Below, piece after piece: positions 50,483 through 59,672 of a stretch of DNA of 64,000 nt (the stretch's first letter is position 1; every line of letters begins with the position of its first letter). The translations under genes and the position numbers were made by a program. The stretch spans positions 192,001 to 256,000 of the forward strand of contig CAVXLD010000010.1 in NCBI GenBank assembly GCA_963762565.1, written 5' to 3'. Source of the stretch: an uncultured Verrucomicrobiae bacterium. GTDB taxonomy: Bacteria > Verrucomicrobiota > Verrucomicrobiia > Chthoniobacterales > JAFAMB01. The notes under the pieces were generated by a model, which was not told the DNA's origin, searched no databases, and saw nothing but the letters and a program-made list of their open reading frames with translations.

Positions 50483-51375
50483 CCAACAGTTTAACGAAAC
50501 TCCAGCAAAGGGAAGAGAAGTTCCCAAAGGGAAAAGAGGAATTCCCAAAGGGAAGGGAATTCCCAAAGGGAAGGGAATTCCCAAAGGGAAGGACATCGCT
50601 CGATGTACCACTGTGGTTGGTGATTCTGTTCGGAGTCCAGTTTGGACCAATTGCCCGCCTCTGCGCGGCCGATCCTGGAAACCTCTCCGTTCTGCTTCAA
50701 AGGGCGGATCACTTGGACGATACCGACCATTTTTTGGAAGCGATCGCCATCTTGAAAGAAGCAGAAAAAGGCGACCCAAAGGATGTCGAGATCCTCTACC
50801 GGATTTCGCGCGTGGAATCCGACCTGGTGGATGATCTATCCGATGAAGCCAAAAAAAAGCCCTACGCCACGGACTCCCTAGCCTATGCCAAACGCGCTAT
50901 AGAAGCCGACCCGCAAAACTCGGAAGCGCATCTTGCCGCCGCGATCGCTTACGGGGTAATGACCGATTTCGTCGATGATAGGACGAAGATGGAATACTCA
51001 AAGGTCATCAAATCGGAGGCCGAGAAAGCGATTGAGCTAGATCCGAAGAACGACTACGCCTATCTGGTCCTCGCCCGCTGGAACTTTGAAATGACGCAGC
51101 TGAACCCTTTCCTGAAGGGAATCGCCGAGATCCTTTATGGGCAAATGCCGCCGGCGTCACAGGAAAGGGCGCTCGAAGATTTCCAAAAAGCGATCGAGCT
51201 CGCTCCCGATAAGATGATTCACCATTTTTGCTATGGTGAAGCCCTGGCCAAACTCGGCCGCAAAGATCAGGCAAAGGCCGAATATCAAAAGGTACTTCGA
51301 TTGACTGCCACCTGCCGAGAGGAGCGCGGCTATCAACAGAAAGCGACCTCCGGCCTAAGAACGCTGGAGCGGTAA
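50461..51375 (+). CDS. TPR-like protein, paralogue 1 (start uncertain; may be near 50617)
   Basis: AIEADP, AIELDP and AIELAP TPR motifs; clearly similar to 51926-52699. Confidence 0.82.
   Translation: MNPIPVSTNSLTKLQQREEKFPKGKEEFPKGREFPKGREFPKGRTSLDVPLWLVILFGVQFGPIARLCAADPGNLSVLLQRADHLDDTDHFLEAIAILKEAEKGDPKDVEILYRISRVESDLVDDLSDEAKKKPYATDSLAYAKRAIEADPQNSEAHLAAAIAYGVMTDFVDDRTKMEYSKVIKSEAEKAIELDPKNDYAYLVLARWNFEMTQLNPFLKGIAEILYGQMPPASQERALEDFQKAIELAPDKMIHHFCYGEALAKLGRKDQAKAEYQKVLRLTATCREERGYQQKATSGLRTLER
50506..50592. repeat. Tandem array of TTCCCAAAGGGAA mini-palindromes
   Basis: Units at 50521, 50542, 50560 and 50578 (periods 21, 18, 18). Confidence 0.92.
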
Positions 51376-51400
51376 TGGTCGCCGCCGGGACTAGCCTCAG

Positions 51401-51470
51401 ATGGGACCTATGGGACACATGGGACCTATAAGTCCTATAGGTCGCATAAGTCCCATCCGTCTATGGTCCC
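51401..51470. repeat. ATGGGACCT-type nonamer inverted array
   Basis: ATGGGACCTATGGGACACATGGGACCTAT / ATAAGTCCCAT; related array at 27332-27358. Confidence 0.8.
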
Positions 51471-51530
51471 AAAGCTCATCACCACCACCAATCGCATATG
51501 CCCCCTCGACCACAGCCCACACGCCATTCG

Positions 51531-51893
51531 TCACGCCGTTTTGCGTTTGAAAGTGAGCGCGAGCCACCCACCCAACATTCCCAAACCTCCAAGGGGTGTA
51601 ATCGCTCCAATCCAAGGAATCTTCGTCAACGCCAGGAGATACAAAGAACCGCTAAAGAGAACAATACCGCCGAATATGAGCCAGAATGCTAGCCGCGGAA
51701 AGGGATCCCATCTGGAAATGACCAATAGGACAACCGCATGCACCAGATGATACAGCACGCCTGTTTGCCAGATCGAAAGCGTGCCCAGTGCATCCAACGT
51801 GGCGCGCAACGCGTGAGCCCCAAAAGCACCGCAAAAAACCGCAAAAAAGCCGCTCAGAGCCGCAACAGCCCTTGATAAATGATGATTCATCAT
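51531..51893 (-). CDS. DUF423 (YgdD/TMEM256) membrane protein
   Basis: GAFGAHAL, WQTGVLYHLVHA, FSGSLY, GAITPLGG. Confidence 0.93.
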   Translation of the reverse strand: MMNHHLSRAVAALSGFFAVFCGAFGAHALRATLDALGTLSIWQTGVLYHLVHAVVLLVISRWDPFPRLAFWLIFGGIVLFSGSLYLLALTKIPWIGAITPLGGLGMLGGWLALTFKRKTA

Positions 51894-51925
51894 AAATATG
51901 CTCTCATTCTTAGGAGAGGGAAGAA

Positions 51926-52699
51926 ATGAAGAAGATAGGAGTCCTGGTCATGATGACCCTGGTTTCAATGGTGTCGTTTGCATCCGATGTCGAGTCGGCG
52001 CTCGAACAGGCCGACAAACTCGAGTCGCAAGGCGAGACCGAGTCCGCCATCCGTGTCTTGAAAGACGCGGACACGGCTTCACCGGAAAATGGTGAGATCG
52101 AAAAACGGTTGGCCCGCCTTTACGCGCGCAGAATCCAGGAGATCTCCGACCAGACCGAGAAGAAAACCGACGCGACCCTCGCGGTCGAGCTTGGTAAGAA
52201 GGCCGTCGCCAAGTTGCCCAACGACTCACAGGCGCATATTGGATTAGCCGCGGCCTACGGTCAGCTCTGTTGGTTCGTGGACGACAAGACCCGGGTCGAA
52301 TATTCCAAAGCAATTTATCAGGAGGTCAACAAAGGACTCGCGCTCGATCCGGACAGCGATTACGGGCACTTGGTTCTAGCGCGTTGGAATTTTGAGATGG
52401 CGACTCTGAATCCGGTATTAAAGGGTATCGCCGAGCTCGTCTACGGGCAGTTCCCACCCGCCTCAACTCAGGCCGCGATCGCCAATTTCAAGAAAGCCAT
52501 CGAACTGAACCCGAGTCGAGTCATTCACCACGCCGAATACGCTAAAGCTCTGGAAGCGCTAGGTGAGAAAGAGAAGGCGCGAGAAGAATGGACCAAAGTG
52601 ATCGAGCTCAAGGCCGTTGACGCTCAAGACCGATTATATCAGCGGATCGCAGCGGAACATCTGCACGAGAAAGCTCCAGCCCAAGCCGCCAGGGGCTAA
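51926..52699 (+). CDS. Exported TPR-like protein, paralogue 2
   Basis: SD-like AGGAG, signal peptide, LVLARWNFEM..LNP.LKGIAE..YGQ.PPAS shared with paralogue 1. Confidence 0.88.
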   Translation: MKKIGVLVMMTLVSMVSFASDVESALEQADKLESQGETESAIRVLKDADTASPENGEIEKRLARLYARRIQEISDQTEKKTDATLAVELGKKAVAKLPNDSQAHIGLAAAYGQLCWFVDDKTRVEYSKAIYQEVNKGLALDPDSDYGHLVLARWNFEMATLNPVLKGIAELVYGQFPPASTQAAIANFKKAIELNPSRVIHHAEYAKALEALGEKEKAREEWTKVIELKAVDAQDRLYQRIAAEHLHEKAPAQAARG

Positions 52700-52719
52700 T
52701 CCGCAGAGGTTCCCGACCC

Positions 52720-52933
52720 AAGAAGGGATTATCCGCAGATTTCGCAGATTACGCAGATTTCGGTCTGAGGACTGCCGTACCGTGAGCTTCTTCAACACGC
52801 ACTGACAGGGAATGCTTTGAGAGGAATTGCCTCGAAAACGCTTGCTAAACAGGCGGCACCTTTGCTCTGCCACAGCGTAGTACCTCAAACCGAAATCTGC
52901 GTAATCTGCGTAATCTGCGGATAATCCCTTCTT
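52720..52933. repeat. Long inverted repeat built on CGCAGATTA nonamers
   Basis: AAGAAGGGATTATCCGCAGATTTCGCAGATTACGCAGATTTCGG / CCGAAATCTGCGTAATCTGCGTAATCTGCGGATAATCCCTTCTT. Confidence 0.92.
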
Positions 52934-52936
52934 AAC

Positions 52937-53857
52937 CTATTTGCGGATGAGCATATAAGCGCCCAGGATTCTTTCTCGAATTGGCTCTGCGGACCGGGCA
53001 ATCTCTCGTTGCAACCGGACATACTGAGCCCGCCCATCTGCGGTCTCGATTGGGATCGGCTCGAATCCAAACTTTGTTAGATCGTAAGGGCTGGCTCGCA
53101 TGTCGAGTTCTCGAGCTGAATGCGCCAGCGCGAATGCGTCCGTCAAAAGCTCCGACTCGATCCAAGGCGCAATTTTATAGCAGAAGCGGTAGAGATCCAT
53201 ATTCACATGGACGCAAGCCGGTTGATCCATTTCCGTCGTGAGCCCGCGCTCAAGCAGCACCGAATTCCGGGGTTTCGCCCCCTCACTAAAGAAACGGAAA
53301 GCGTCGAAATGCGTGCAAGAGAGCTGTTGTGATTCCACAAAGCTATCCAGATCGGACCGGCTCAATCGTAGAGGCACTCCTTGATGTCGAATCGCCGGTT
53401 CCCGATAGACCATCGCCCACTCGTGGAGACCAAAGCAGCTAAAATTGGGCGCGCGGTCCGCGGTAGTGCTCAAAAATTTGATCGCCCAATCAACAAAGGG
53501 CAGCCGGTTAGCAGGGAACGCTGTGAGTCGCTGGCCCCGGCCGGCGCTTTCCCAGACACCGGCATCGCCCGTCATGTCTGCGCCTTCCAAAATCACCCCC
53601 GGCCCTGGAGACCACCGGAGCAGCTGCCCGGGACGAAATGAATAATATTCAAACAAAAAATCGTACACCGGATGCCGGGCGTGGCGCGATCGTCGCTCGA
53701 GAAAGGGATCTACCCAGGTCGAAACACGGGCCTGATGTTTTCTCGCGCGCTCCTGCCAAACCTCTTTCGGTAGAAACCGCTCTTCTCTACAGACTCCGTT
53801 TTCAGGGCTGACACCGCCCGCGTTTGTCTCGGTCTCGCCCAAAATCAATTCGTTCAT
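52937..53857 (-). CDS. Conserved hypothetical protein (family often auto-labelled 3-methyladenine DNA glycosylase)
   Basis: HPVYDFLFEYY, CFGLHEWAMVY, CTHFDAFRFF, QPACVHVNMDLY, LDMRASPYDL. Confidence 0.8.
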   Translation of the reverse strand: MNELILGETETNAGGVSPENGVCREERFLPKEVWQERARKHQARVSTWVDPFLERRSRHARHPVYDFLFEYYSFRPGQLLRWSPGPGVILEGADMTGDAGVWESAGRGQRLTAFPANRLPFVDWAIKFLSTTADRAPNFSCFGLHEWAMVYREPAIRHQGVPLRLSRSDLDSFVESQQLSCTHFDAFRFFSEGAKPRNSVLLERGLTTEMDQPACVHVNMDLYRFCYKIAPWIESELLTDAFALAHSARELDMRASPYDLTKFGFEPIPIETADGRAQYVRLQREIARSAEPIRERILGAYMLIRK

Positions 53858-53879
53858 GCGCGCCAACAAAAACAGAGAA

Positions 53880-54040
53880 AAAATCTCACGCAAAGACCCA
53901 GCCTGCAACGCTTCGCGTGTCCTGTCCCATAAACAACGTGGCTGGGGCCAATGATCAGTCGTGGTCTTATCTTGGTGGCCTCCGTGATCTTGCTGTGAAC
54001 CTATCTGCCTTTGCGTCTTTGCGTCTTTGCGTGAGATTTT
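53880..54040. repeat. CGCAAAGA-type inverted shell containing an orphan MITE-like end
   Basis: AAAATCTCACGCAAAGAC / GTCTTTGCGTGAGATTTT; GTGTCCTGTCCCATAAA at 53917-53933. Confidence 0.85.
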
Positions 54041-54049
54041 GGTTTCCGC

Positions 54050-54676
54050 ATGAGCTTGTCAGTTTACTTTGCCGGTGAGCTTTTCAACGCCAAACATTTA
54101 GCCGGTAACGCCGGACTCGCCGCTGCCATCCAGCGCCATTCCGACGGGCGATTTGTTTGTGTCCTGCCACAGACTCTGGAAAACCGGGAAGAGGGCGCCC
54201 ATTTCATCCGGGACGAAGACCTCGAACACCTAGTCTCCTCAGATATCGCGCTCTTCAATTTCGACGGTTCTGAAATCGATTCGGGCACCGTCGTAGAATT
54301 CCTGGTGGCAAAGTTCGCTGATATCCCGGCCCTCCTGCTACGTACTGATTTTCGGCGCGGCGGCGACCAAGGCCAAGAGCCCTGGAACCTCATGCTTAGC
54401 TTTTACCCGAGAACCACAACCTGCTGTCTTGACAGCATGGCTCTGTATAAGACCGCTTTGTCCGAAGGCCTAGATCCGGTTGGCGCGGCCGATCGGATGC
54501 TGGACCAGATCGCAACCCAAGTGATCCCAGAGCTAGATGCGCTCGCTCAGTCCAAACCAATTCTCCCAACGGAGCTTACCGACCCCGTCCACGATTGGTT
54601 GGTCCAATTCCCCGGTTTTCGTTCCCCAGAATCGATAACTCGAATTCGCCAAGCGCTACATCGCAAACGTCCTTGA
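54050..54676 (+). CDS. Nucleoside 2-deoxyribosyltransferase family protein
   Basis: VYFAGELF, LPQ, D, DGSEIDSGTVVE, RTDFR, WNLM. Confidence 0.85.
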   Translation: MSLSVYFAGELFNAKHLAGNAGLAAAIQRHSDGRFVCVLPQTLENREEGAHFIRDEDLEHLVSSDIALFNFDGSEIDSGTVVEFLVAKFADIPALLLRTDFRRGGDQGQEPWNLMLSFYPRTTTCCLDSMALYKTALSEGLDPVGAADRMLDQIATQVIPELDALAQSKPILPTELTDPVHDWLVQFPGFRSPESITRIRQALHRKRP

Positions 54677-54737
54677 AATTCCCGCCGCCGTCCACCAATC
54701 ACCTCTCACCAATCACCTCCCCTTCCTCCCCCTCCCC

Positions 54738-55832
54738 GTGCGCTACTTAATCGCTCCCGACAAATTCAAAGGAACTTTGTCCGCTCAGGAAGTGGGCCGC
54801 ATCATAGCCGAAGTCGCTCGCCAGCAAGACCCCGAAGCGAAGGTGGACATCCTCCCGATTGCCGATGGCGGAGAAGGCACCGCTGCTCTTTTGGCCGTGC
54901 AACTCGGGGCTCAGCCAAGGAGCATGGAAACCGTAGACGCGCTGGGCCGGCCCATCTCAGCGCAATATTTTGTTTCTCAAACTGAGGCCTTCCTCGACAT
55001 GAGCGCCGCTTCCGGTTTATCGCAGATCACCAGGAACGACCGGCAACCGCTGCGCTCAAATACAGTCGGTACCGGCATGATCGTCCGAGAACTGATCGAT
55101 GCCGGCTTAGCTCCGATCTACGTTGGACTTGGCGGAAGTGCGACCGTTGATGCCGGGATCGGGATGGCCGCCGCTCTGGGATACAAATTTCGCGATGCAA
55201 ATGGCCGGTTGTTGAAGCCCGTCCCCGAGCACTTCGCTGAAATCGCAAGCATCCAGAGGCCGAGCTTCGCTGAAACACCCGAGGTTGTGGGATTGGCCGA
55301 CGTGGAGACCAGATTGTTGGGGCCAATCGGTGCGATCTATACCTTCGGACCACAAAAAGGATTGAGTCCGGAACAAGTTCAGAGCTTGGATCATGAGCTG
55401 GCCAAATTCGTCGATCTAGTTCAACGCGAGCTGGGCGTAAATCATGCCGGCGTTTCGCGGGCGGGGGCTGCCGGAGGGTTGGGATACGGCATCATGACTT
55501 TTCTTAACGGGACGCTGGTCTCCGGTTTCGCAGTGGTAGCCGAACGATTAAAGCTGAAAGAACGGATCGCTGCCGCAGATATCGTGATTACTGGAGAAGG
55601 TAAACTCGACTCGCAATCGTTAGAAGGAAAAGGCCCGTTCGGAGTTGCCACAGCCGCCAAAGAGGCGGAAAAACCGGTCTGGGTTATCGCCGGCACCATT
55701 GAGCAACACCCGGGGATGCAATCTTATTTTGATCGAATGGTCGCCGTCGTCGGCGACGACATCACATTGGAAGGGGCCATGGCCCAGCCTGAGGAAAGCC
55801 TACGCAAACAGGCCGCCGGCTTGTGGACTTGA
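54738..55832 (+). CDS. glxK: Glycerate kinase
   Basis: IAPDKFKGTL, ADGGEGT, GLGGSATVDAG, FGPQKG, GAAGGLG, ITGEGKLD. Confidence 0.94.
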   Translation: MRYLIAPDKFKGTLSAQEVGRIIAEVARQQDPEAKVDILPIADGGEGTAALLAVQLGAQPRSMETVDALGRPISAQYFVSQTEAFLDMSAASGLSQITRNDRQPLRSNTVGTGMIVRELIDAGLAPIYVGLGGSATVDAGIGMAAALGYKFRDANGRLLKPVPEHFAEIASIQRPSFAETPEVVGLADVETRLLGPIGAIYTFGPQKGLSPEQVQSLDHELAKFVDLVQRELGVNHAGVSRAGAAGGLGYGIMTFLNGTLVSGFAVVAERLKLKERIAAADIVITGEGKLDSQSLEGKGPFGVATAAKEAEKPVWVIAGTIEQHPGMQSYFDRMVAVVGDDITLEGAMAQPEESLRKQAAGLWT

Positions 55833-55846
55833 TAGTCGTCTGTTCG

Positions 55847-56245
55847 TTAAGTCTTCCTACCCTGTTCGGACATCAGTGCGAGAAGATGATGGTCCGGGTC
55901 ACGAAAAAACGCCATGTACAGATCGTGGTCAGGAAGTGACGCAACCAGATGCGCGTCCTGCTCAAAAGTCACGCCGCGCTTGGCGAGCACCTCAGCTGAC
56001 CGATGAATATCGGTGACTCGGAAATACAGTGTCGACGTCATTTTCTCCTCGGATCCACTCTGCGCGGCCGATCCCAGCATGATACGAACGGCGCCACATC
56101 GAAAGAAAGCCAAGCCCGGAGGCGCCGTAAAGAGAAGCGGCAATCCAAGCGCATCGCGATAGAACTTTATAGACCGATCAAGGTCGGCAACCGTCAGGGC
56201 AACCTGAGCAATTTCAATTAACTGCAAGTCGTCATTATTCGCCAT
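55847..56245 (-). CDS. VOC/glyoxalase family protein
   Basis: VADLDRSIKFYRDALGL, FFRDPD. Confidence 0.92.
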   Translation of the reverse strand: MANNDDLQLIEIAQVALTVADLDRSIKFYRDALGLPLLFTAPPGLAFFRCGAVRIMLGSAAQSGSEEKMTSTLYFRVTDIHRSAEVLAKRGVTFEQDAHLVASLPDHDLYMAFFRDPDHHLLALMSEQGRKT

Positions 56246-56255
56246 GAACCCGAGC

Positions 56256-57233
56256 TTATCGACCTATAGAAATCCCCGCTTCTTCAAAATTGCGAATTTG
56301 ACTGGGCTCTCGCCCATATTGCCGTAACGCGGAGGGAGAAAGCCCCGTAGCCTTTCTGAACAGAGAGCTGAAAGAACCAAGACTCTCAAACCCGACGCTG
56401 AAACAGATGTCAGTCACGCTTTGATTCGTTCTTTCGAGCAAAAACCTGGCTCGATCTAGCCGGCAACGAGTTAAGTACGCGTGCGGCGTCTCTCCGTAGC
56501 AGAGCTTGAAGACCCGGATGAAATGGTAGGGAGACAGGCAAGCTTCAGCCGCAATATCGTCTATACGGAGCCGTTGAGAGAGGCGGGCATGGATGATATC
56601 GCGCGCCCGGCTGATTCGGAGTCGAAGCTCGTGCCGAGTCGACGGCCGCAAGCTCGATAAAGCCAACGCTGCCGGATCGCGGTTGTCCTCGCTTCGCAGA
56701 AGTGTTTCCAACAAAAACCGCAATTTCTCCGCCAGTAGATTATCGGGTAGAGCGCCTTGCTTGTGCGCCCGTCTTAGGGCGAAGACCTCAGGCGAAACCA
56801 GTTCGTCATGCCTCGTCGTCCGGTCAAAGAAATGACACGCCTGACTCGATGACCTGCCTCCGCCCGGACTATCGAGGAGGCTGATCGCGCTGTTACGCAG
56901 GGTGTGCTGGACATCTTCTGCCCACCCGTTAGGGAACCAAATCACGAACGACTCCACCTGGGTGTTGGAATCGATGGCAATCGAGTAGGCTTGCCCCTCG
57001 TTCAAAACCAGATAGTTCGTCTCATCAACCGTGATTGCTCTCCTGCCCACGGTATATTGCGCGCATCCGTTGAACATCGTCTTCAGCGATAGAGGCGGAG
57101 CCTCTGACGAACCGAAATGCTGATATCCGCGAGCGGCCGTCAGGGTGTTCTTTTGCAGCTCTCCCTGCTGCCAGATCACTCGGAGCGGCTCTGCCAGGGG
57201 TGGCATCCGTTTCGCGTAGGAATAAGAATGCAT
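56256..57233 (-). CDS. AraC family transcriptional regulator
   Basis: C-terminal ACLSPYHFIRVFK...ICFSVGFESLGSFSSLFRK; start uncertain. Confidence 0.93.
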   Translation of the reverse strand: MHSYSYAKRMPPLAEPLRVIWQQGELQKNTLTAARGYQHFGSSEAPPLSLKTMFNGCAQYTVGRRAITVDETNYLVLNEGQAYSIAIDSNTQVESFVIWFPNGWAEDVQHTLRNSAISLLDSPGGGRSSSQACHFFDRTTRHDELVSPEVFALRRAHKQGALPDNLLAEKLRFLLETLLRSEDNRDPAALALSSLRPSTRHELRLRISRARDIIHARLSQRLRIDDIAAEACLSPYHFIRVFKLCYGETPHAYLTRCRLDRARFLLERTNQSVTDICFSVGFESLGSFSSLFRKATGLSPSALRQYGREPSQIRNFEEAGISIGR

Positions 57234-57393
57234 GTTCTTAGCTGACTGCTGATTAAACGGCCTTGAATTATTTGCAATCGCAACTGAACCGTCAATCCGA
57301 GATCCCGCGACAAGACTCTCATTTAGAACGATTTCTTTGCTGCTGAACAACGACAGAAGCGGCAAACTAGTCTTACATGTAGCGCCCACTGCT

Positions 57394-59190
57394 ATGAAAC
57401 CTGAATTTGTCGCTCTAGGTCTAATCTTAGCGGGCGCTCTTTATCTCTTTTGGACCCAGAAATTGCGCACCGACATCACCGCACTGTTGGTGATGTTGAG
57501 CTTGGCAATTCCCTGGCCTCACGCCGACGGCAAATGGTTGGGAGTTCTAACGCCCCAAGAGGCATTCGCCGGCTTTGGTAGCGTTGCCGTTATCATGGTC
57601 ACCGCCATGTTTGTTTTCAGTGCTGCCCTGGTCCGCACTGGTGTCGCTGAAATGATCGGGGGACGTTTGTTCAGAGCGGCAGCTAGCAACGAGCTCCTTC
57701 TTCAGATCGCGGTTTTCACGGTGGCCACCGCTTGTTCCATGTTCATAAATGAGACCACGATTGTTCTCGTGTTCATGCCGGTCGTTTTGGGCGTGTGCAA
57801 AGAGCGCAACCTTTCCCCGTCCCGCTATCTCATGTGCGCCGCCTACGGGGCCGCTCTCGGCGGTCAATGGACCCTGATCGGCACCCGCAGCAATGTGATT
57901 ATCAGTGAGTTCTTTCGCCAACGTACCGGGCACCCCATCGGGTTTTTTGATTTCACACCCGTTGCTGCCACCGTTTTCGTTGGTTGTTCCCTTTACTTTT
58001 TTCTGGTCGCGCGCCGATTCCTGCCGGCGGCCGATGTCCAGTCGTTGGAGCAGGAACTCGGCAAGGAATACCTGAGCGAGGTAATGATTACGCCGCATTC
58101 AGCCACCGTCGGCTTAACCCTGGATCAGCTCGAATGGGCCAAACGCCAGGATGCCACTATCGTCGGGGTCATCCGAGACGGTGAAAGGATGCCGCCCAAC
58201 GGGTGGATGAAATTGCATGCCGGTGATGCCCTGATCGTTCAAGGCGCCGTGCCAACGATCGGCAGCTTGCTGAAATCTCCCGACTTTCATTTCTTGGAAG
58301 AAGTCAAGATCGGCGAGAAAGCCTTGCGCAGCTTAGACCTGATTACAGTCGAAGCCTTATTATCTCCCAACTCCCGATATACCGGGCGCACGATGCAGGA
58401 TACTAACTTCGGCCGAGATTACGGTTTCAGCGTGCTCGGTATTTCGCGGCATGGACAAACAATTCAGGAACGGCCCTCCGCTACTCAACTTGAGTATGGT
58501 GACTCTCTCCTCTTGCTTGGCCACAACTCGAACCTCGAGCGCCTTGAGCGCAATCCGAACTTGATTGTGCTAAACCAACGCCACTTCCCGACCACCGGAA
58601 AAACGCAAGCCGTCATTACGATGCTTCTGTTGCTCGGCATTATTTTGTCAGCTGTTACTGGCGCGCTCACCCCGGCGCTTTCGATTCCGATCGCGGCAGC
58701 CGCGGTTTTACTATTCAAGGTCGTGAAGGTCACAGATACGTATAAGTCTGTCGATTGGCCGGCGGTCGCTACCGTTGGCGGCATGATCTCCTTTGGGTTC
58801 GCTCTCGAAAAGACTGGGGCAGCTGCCGCCTTGGCCCACGCCATCGTCAGCAATTTCCAATGGGCGGGACCAACCTTGATTCTCGGGGCAATGCTGTTAT
58901 TTACCGTGACCCTAACCCAAATCATCGAAAACGCGGCCGTAGCCATCATTTTAGCGCCGATTGCCTACCAAATTGCGCGCGAAAGCAATACCGATCCAAA
59001 GCCGTTCATGATCGGGTTAGCCGTTTGCATTTCCACTTCCTTCTGCACGCCCGTGGCCCATGAAACCACGATGCTGGTTATGGGTCCGGGCCGCTATCGT
59101 TTTAAGCATTATCTGACGATGGGGGTCGGGATGGCGATTGTCGCCTGGTTAATCGCAACTTACGCGACGCCGTTGATCTGGAGATTCTGA
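57394..59190 (+). CDS. SLC13/CitM-like permease with two TrkA-C (RCK_C) domains
   Basis: LGGQWTLIGTRSN, central soluble region, SFCTPVAH, VMGPGRY. Confidence 0.92.
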   Translation: MKPEFVALGLILAGALYLFWTQKLRTDITALLVMLSLAIPWPHADGKWLGVLTPQEAFAGFGSVAVIMVTAMFVFSAALVRTGVAEMIGGRLFRAAASNELLLQIAVFTVATACSMFINETTIVLVFMPVVLGVCKERNLSPSRYLMCAAYGAALGGQWTLIGTRSNVIISEFFRQRTGHPIGFFDFTPVAATVFVGCSLYFFLVARRFLPAADVQSLEQELGKEYLSEVMITPHSATVGLTLDQLEWAKRQDATIVGVIRDGERMPPNGWMKLHAGDALIVQGAVPTIGSLLKSPDFHFLEEVKIGEKALRSLDLITVEALLSPNSRYTGRTMQDTNFGRDYGFSVLGISRHGQTIQERPSATQLEYGDSLLLLGHNSNLERLERNPNLIVLNQRHFPTTGKTQAVITMLLLLGIILSAVTGALTPALSIPIAAAAVLLFKVVKVTDTYKSVDWPAVATVGGMISFGFALEKTGAAAALAHAIVSNFQWAGPTLILGAMLLFTVTLTQIIENAAVAIILAPIAYQIARESNTDPKPFMIGLAVCISTSFCTPVAHETTMLVMGPGRYRFKHYLTMGVGMAIVAWLIATYATPLIWRF

Positions 59191-59218
59191 GACAGCGTCC
59201 TTGCGATAGCGACAAAAG

Positions 59219-59575
59219 ATGAAAGCCCCCGCACCAAATAATGTCATCGAGATTCTCACGATCGATTTAAAGCCTGGCCGAAGGGATGAGTTTCATCGGC
59301 TCTACGTGAGCGAGGCTTTACCACTCCTGAAGAAATGGAATTTTGAAGTGTTGGCCCACGGTCCATCGCCGCACGACCAGAATAGTTATTATGTATTCAG
59401 GCAGTTCGAGAGCCTGGAAGAAAGGCAGCGATCCGAGGATGCGTTCTATAGCAGCGACGATTGGCAAAAAGGCCCTAGGAACCGCATGCTCGCCTTGGCA
59501 GATCATTTCGCTTATGCGGTTGTCTCTGCCACAACACTGATCGGGATCACGAGCGCCGCCGCTCAGAACCTTTGA
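59219..59575 (+). CDS. NIPSNAP family protein
   Basis: LKPG, FESLEER, FYSSDDW. Confidence 0.85.
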   Translation: MKAPAPNNVIEILTIDLKPGRRDEFHRLYVSEALPLLKKWNFEVLAHGPSPHDQNSYYVFRQFESLEERQRSEDAFYSSDDWQKGPRNRMLALADHFAYAVVSATTLIGITSAAAQNL

Positions 59576-59672
59576 CATAGCTCCAGTGTGAGCTTGTAAA
59601 TCGTCCAAGGCCCCACCCTTTCACCTTTCACCGGCCTTTTGCTCCTTTGACTGTTTGCTTCTAACTTTGTAA

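Noticed and set aside
59576..59672. LexA/SOS box upstream of dinB, radC or uvrC
   Set aside because: I found no convincing TGTTC-N4-GAACA or CTGT-N8-ACAG match.
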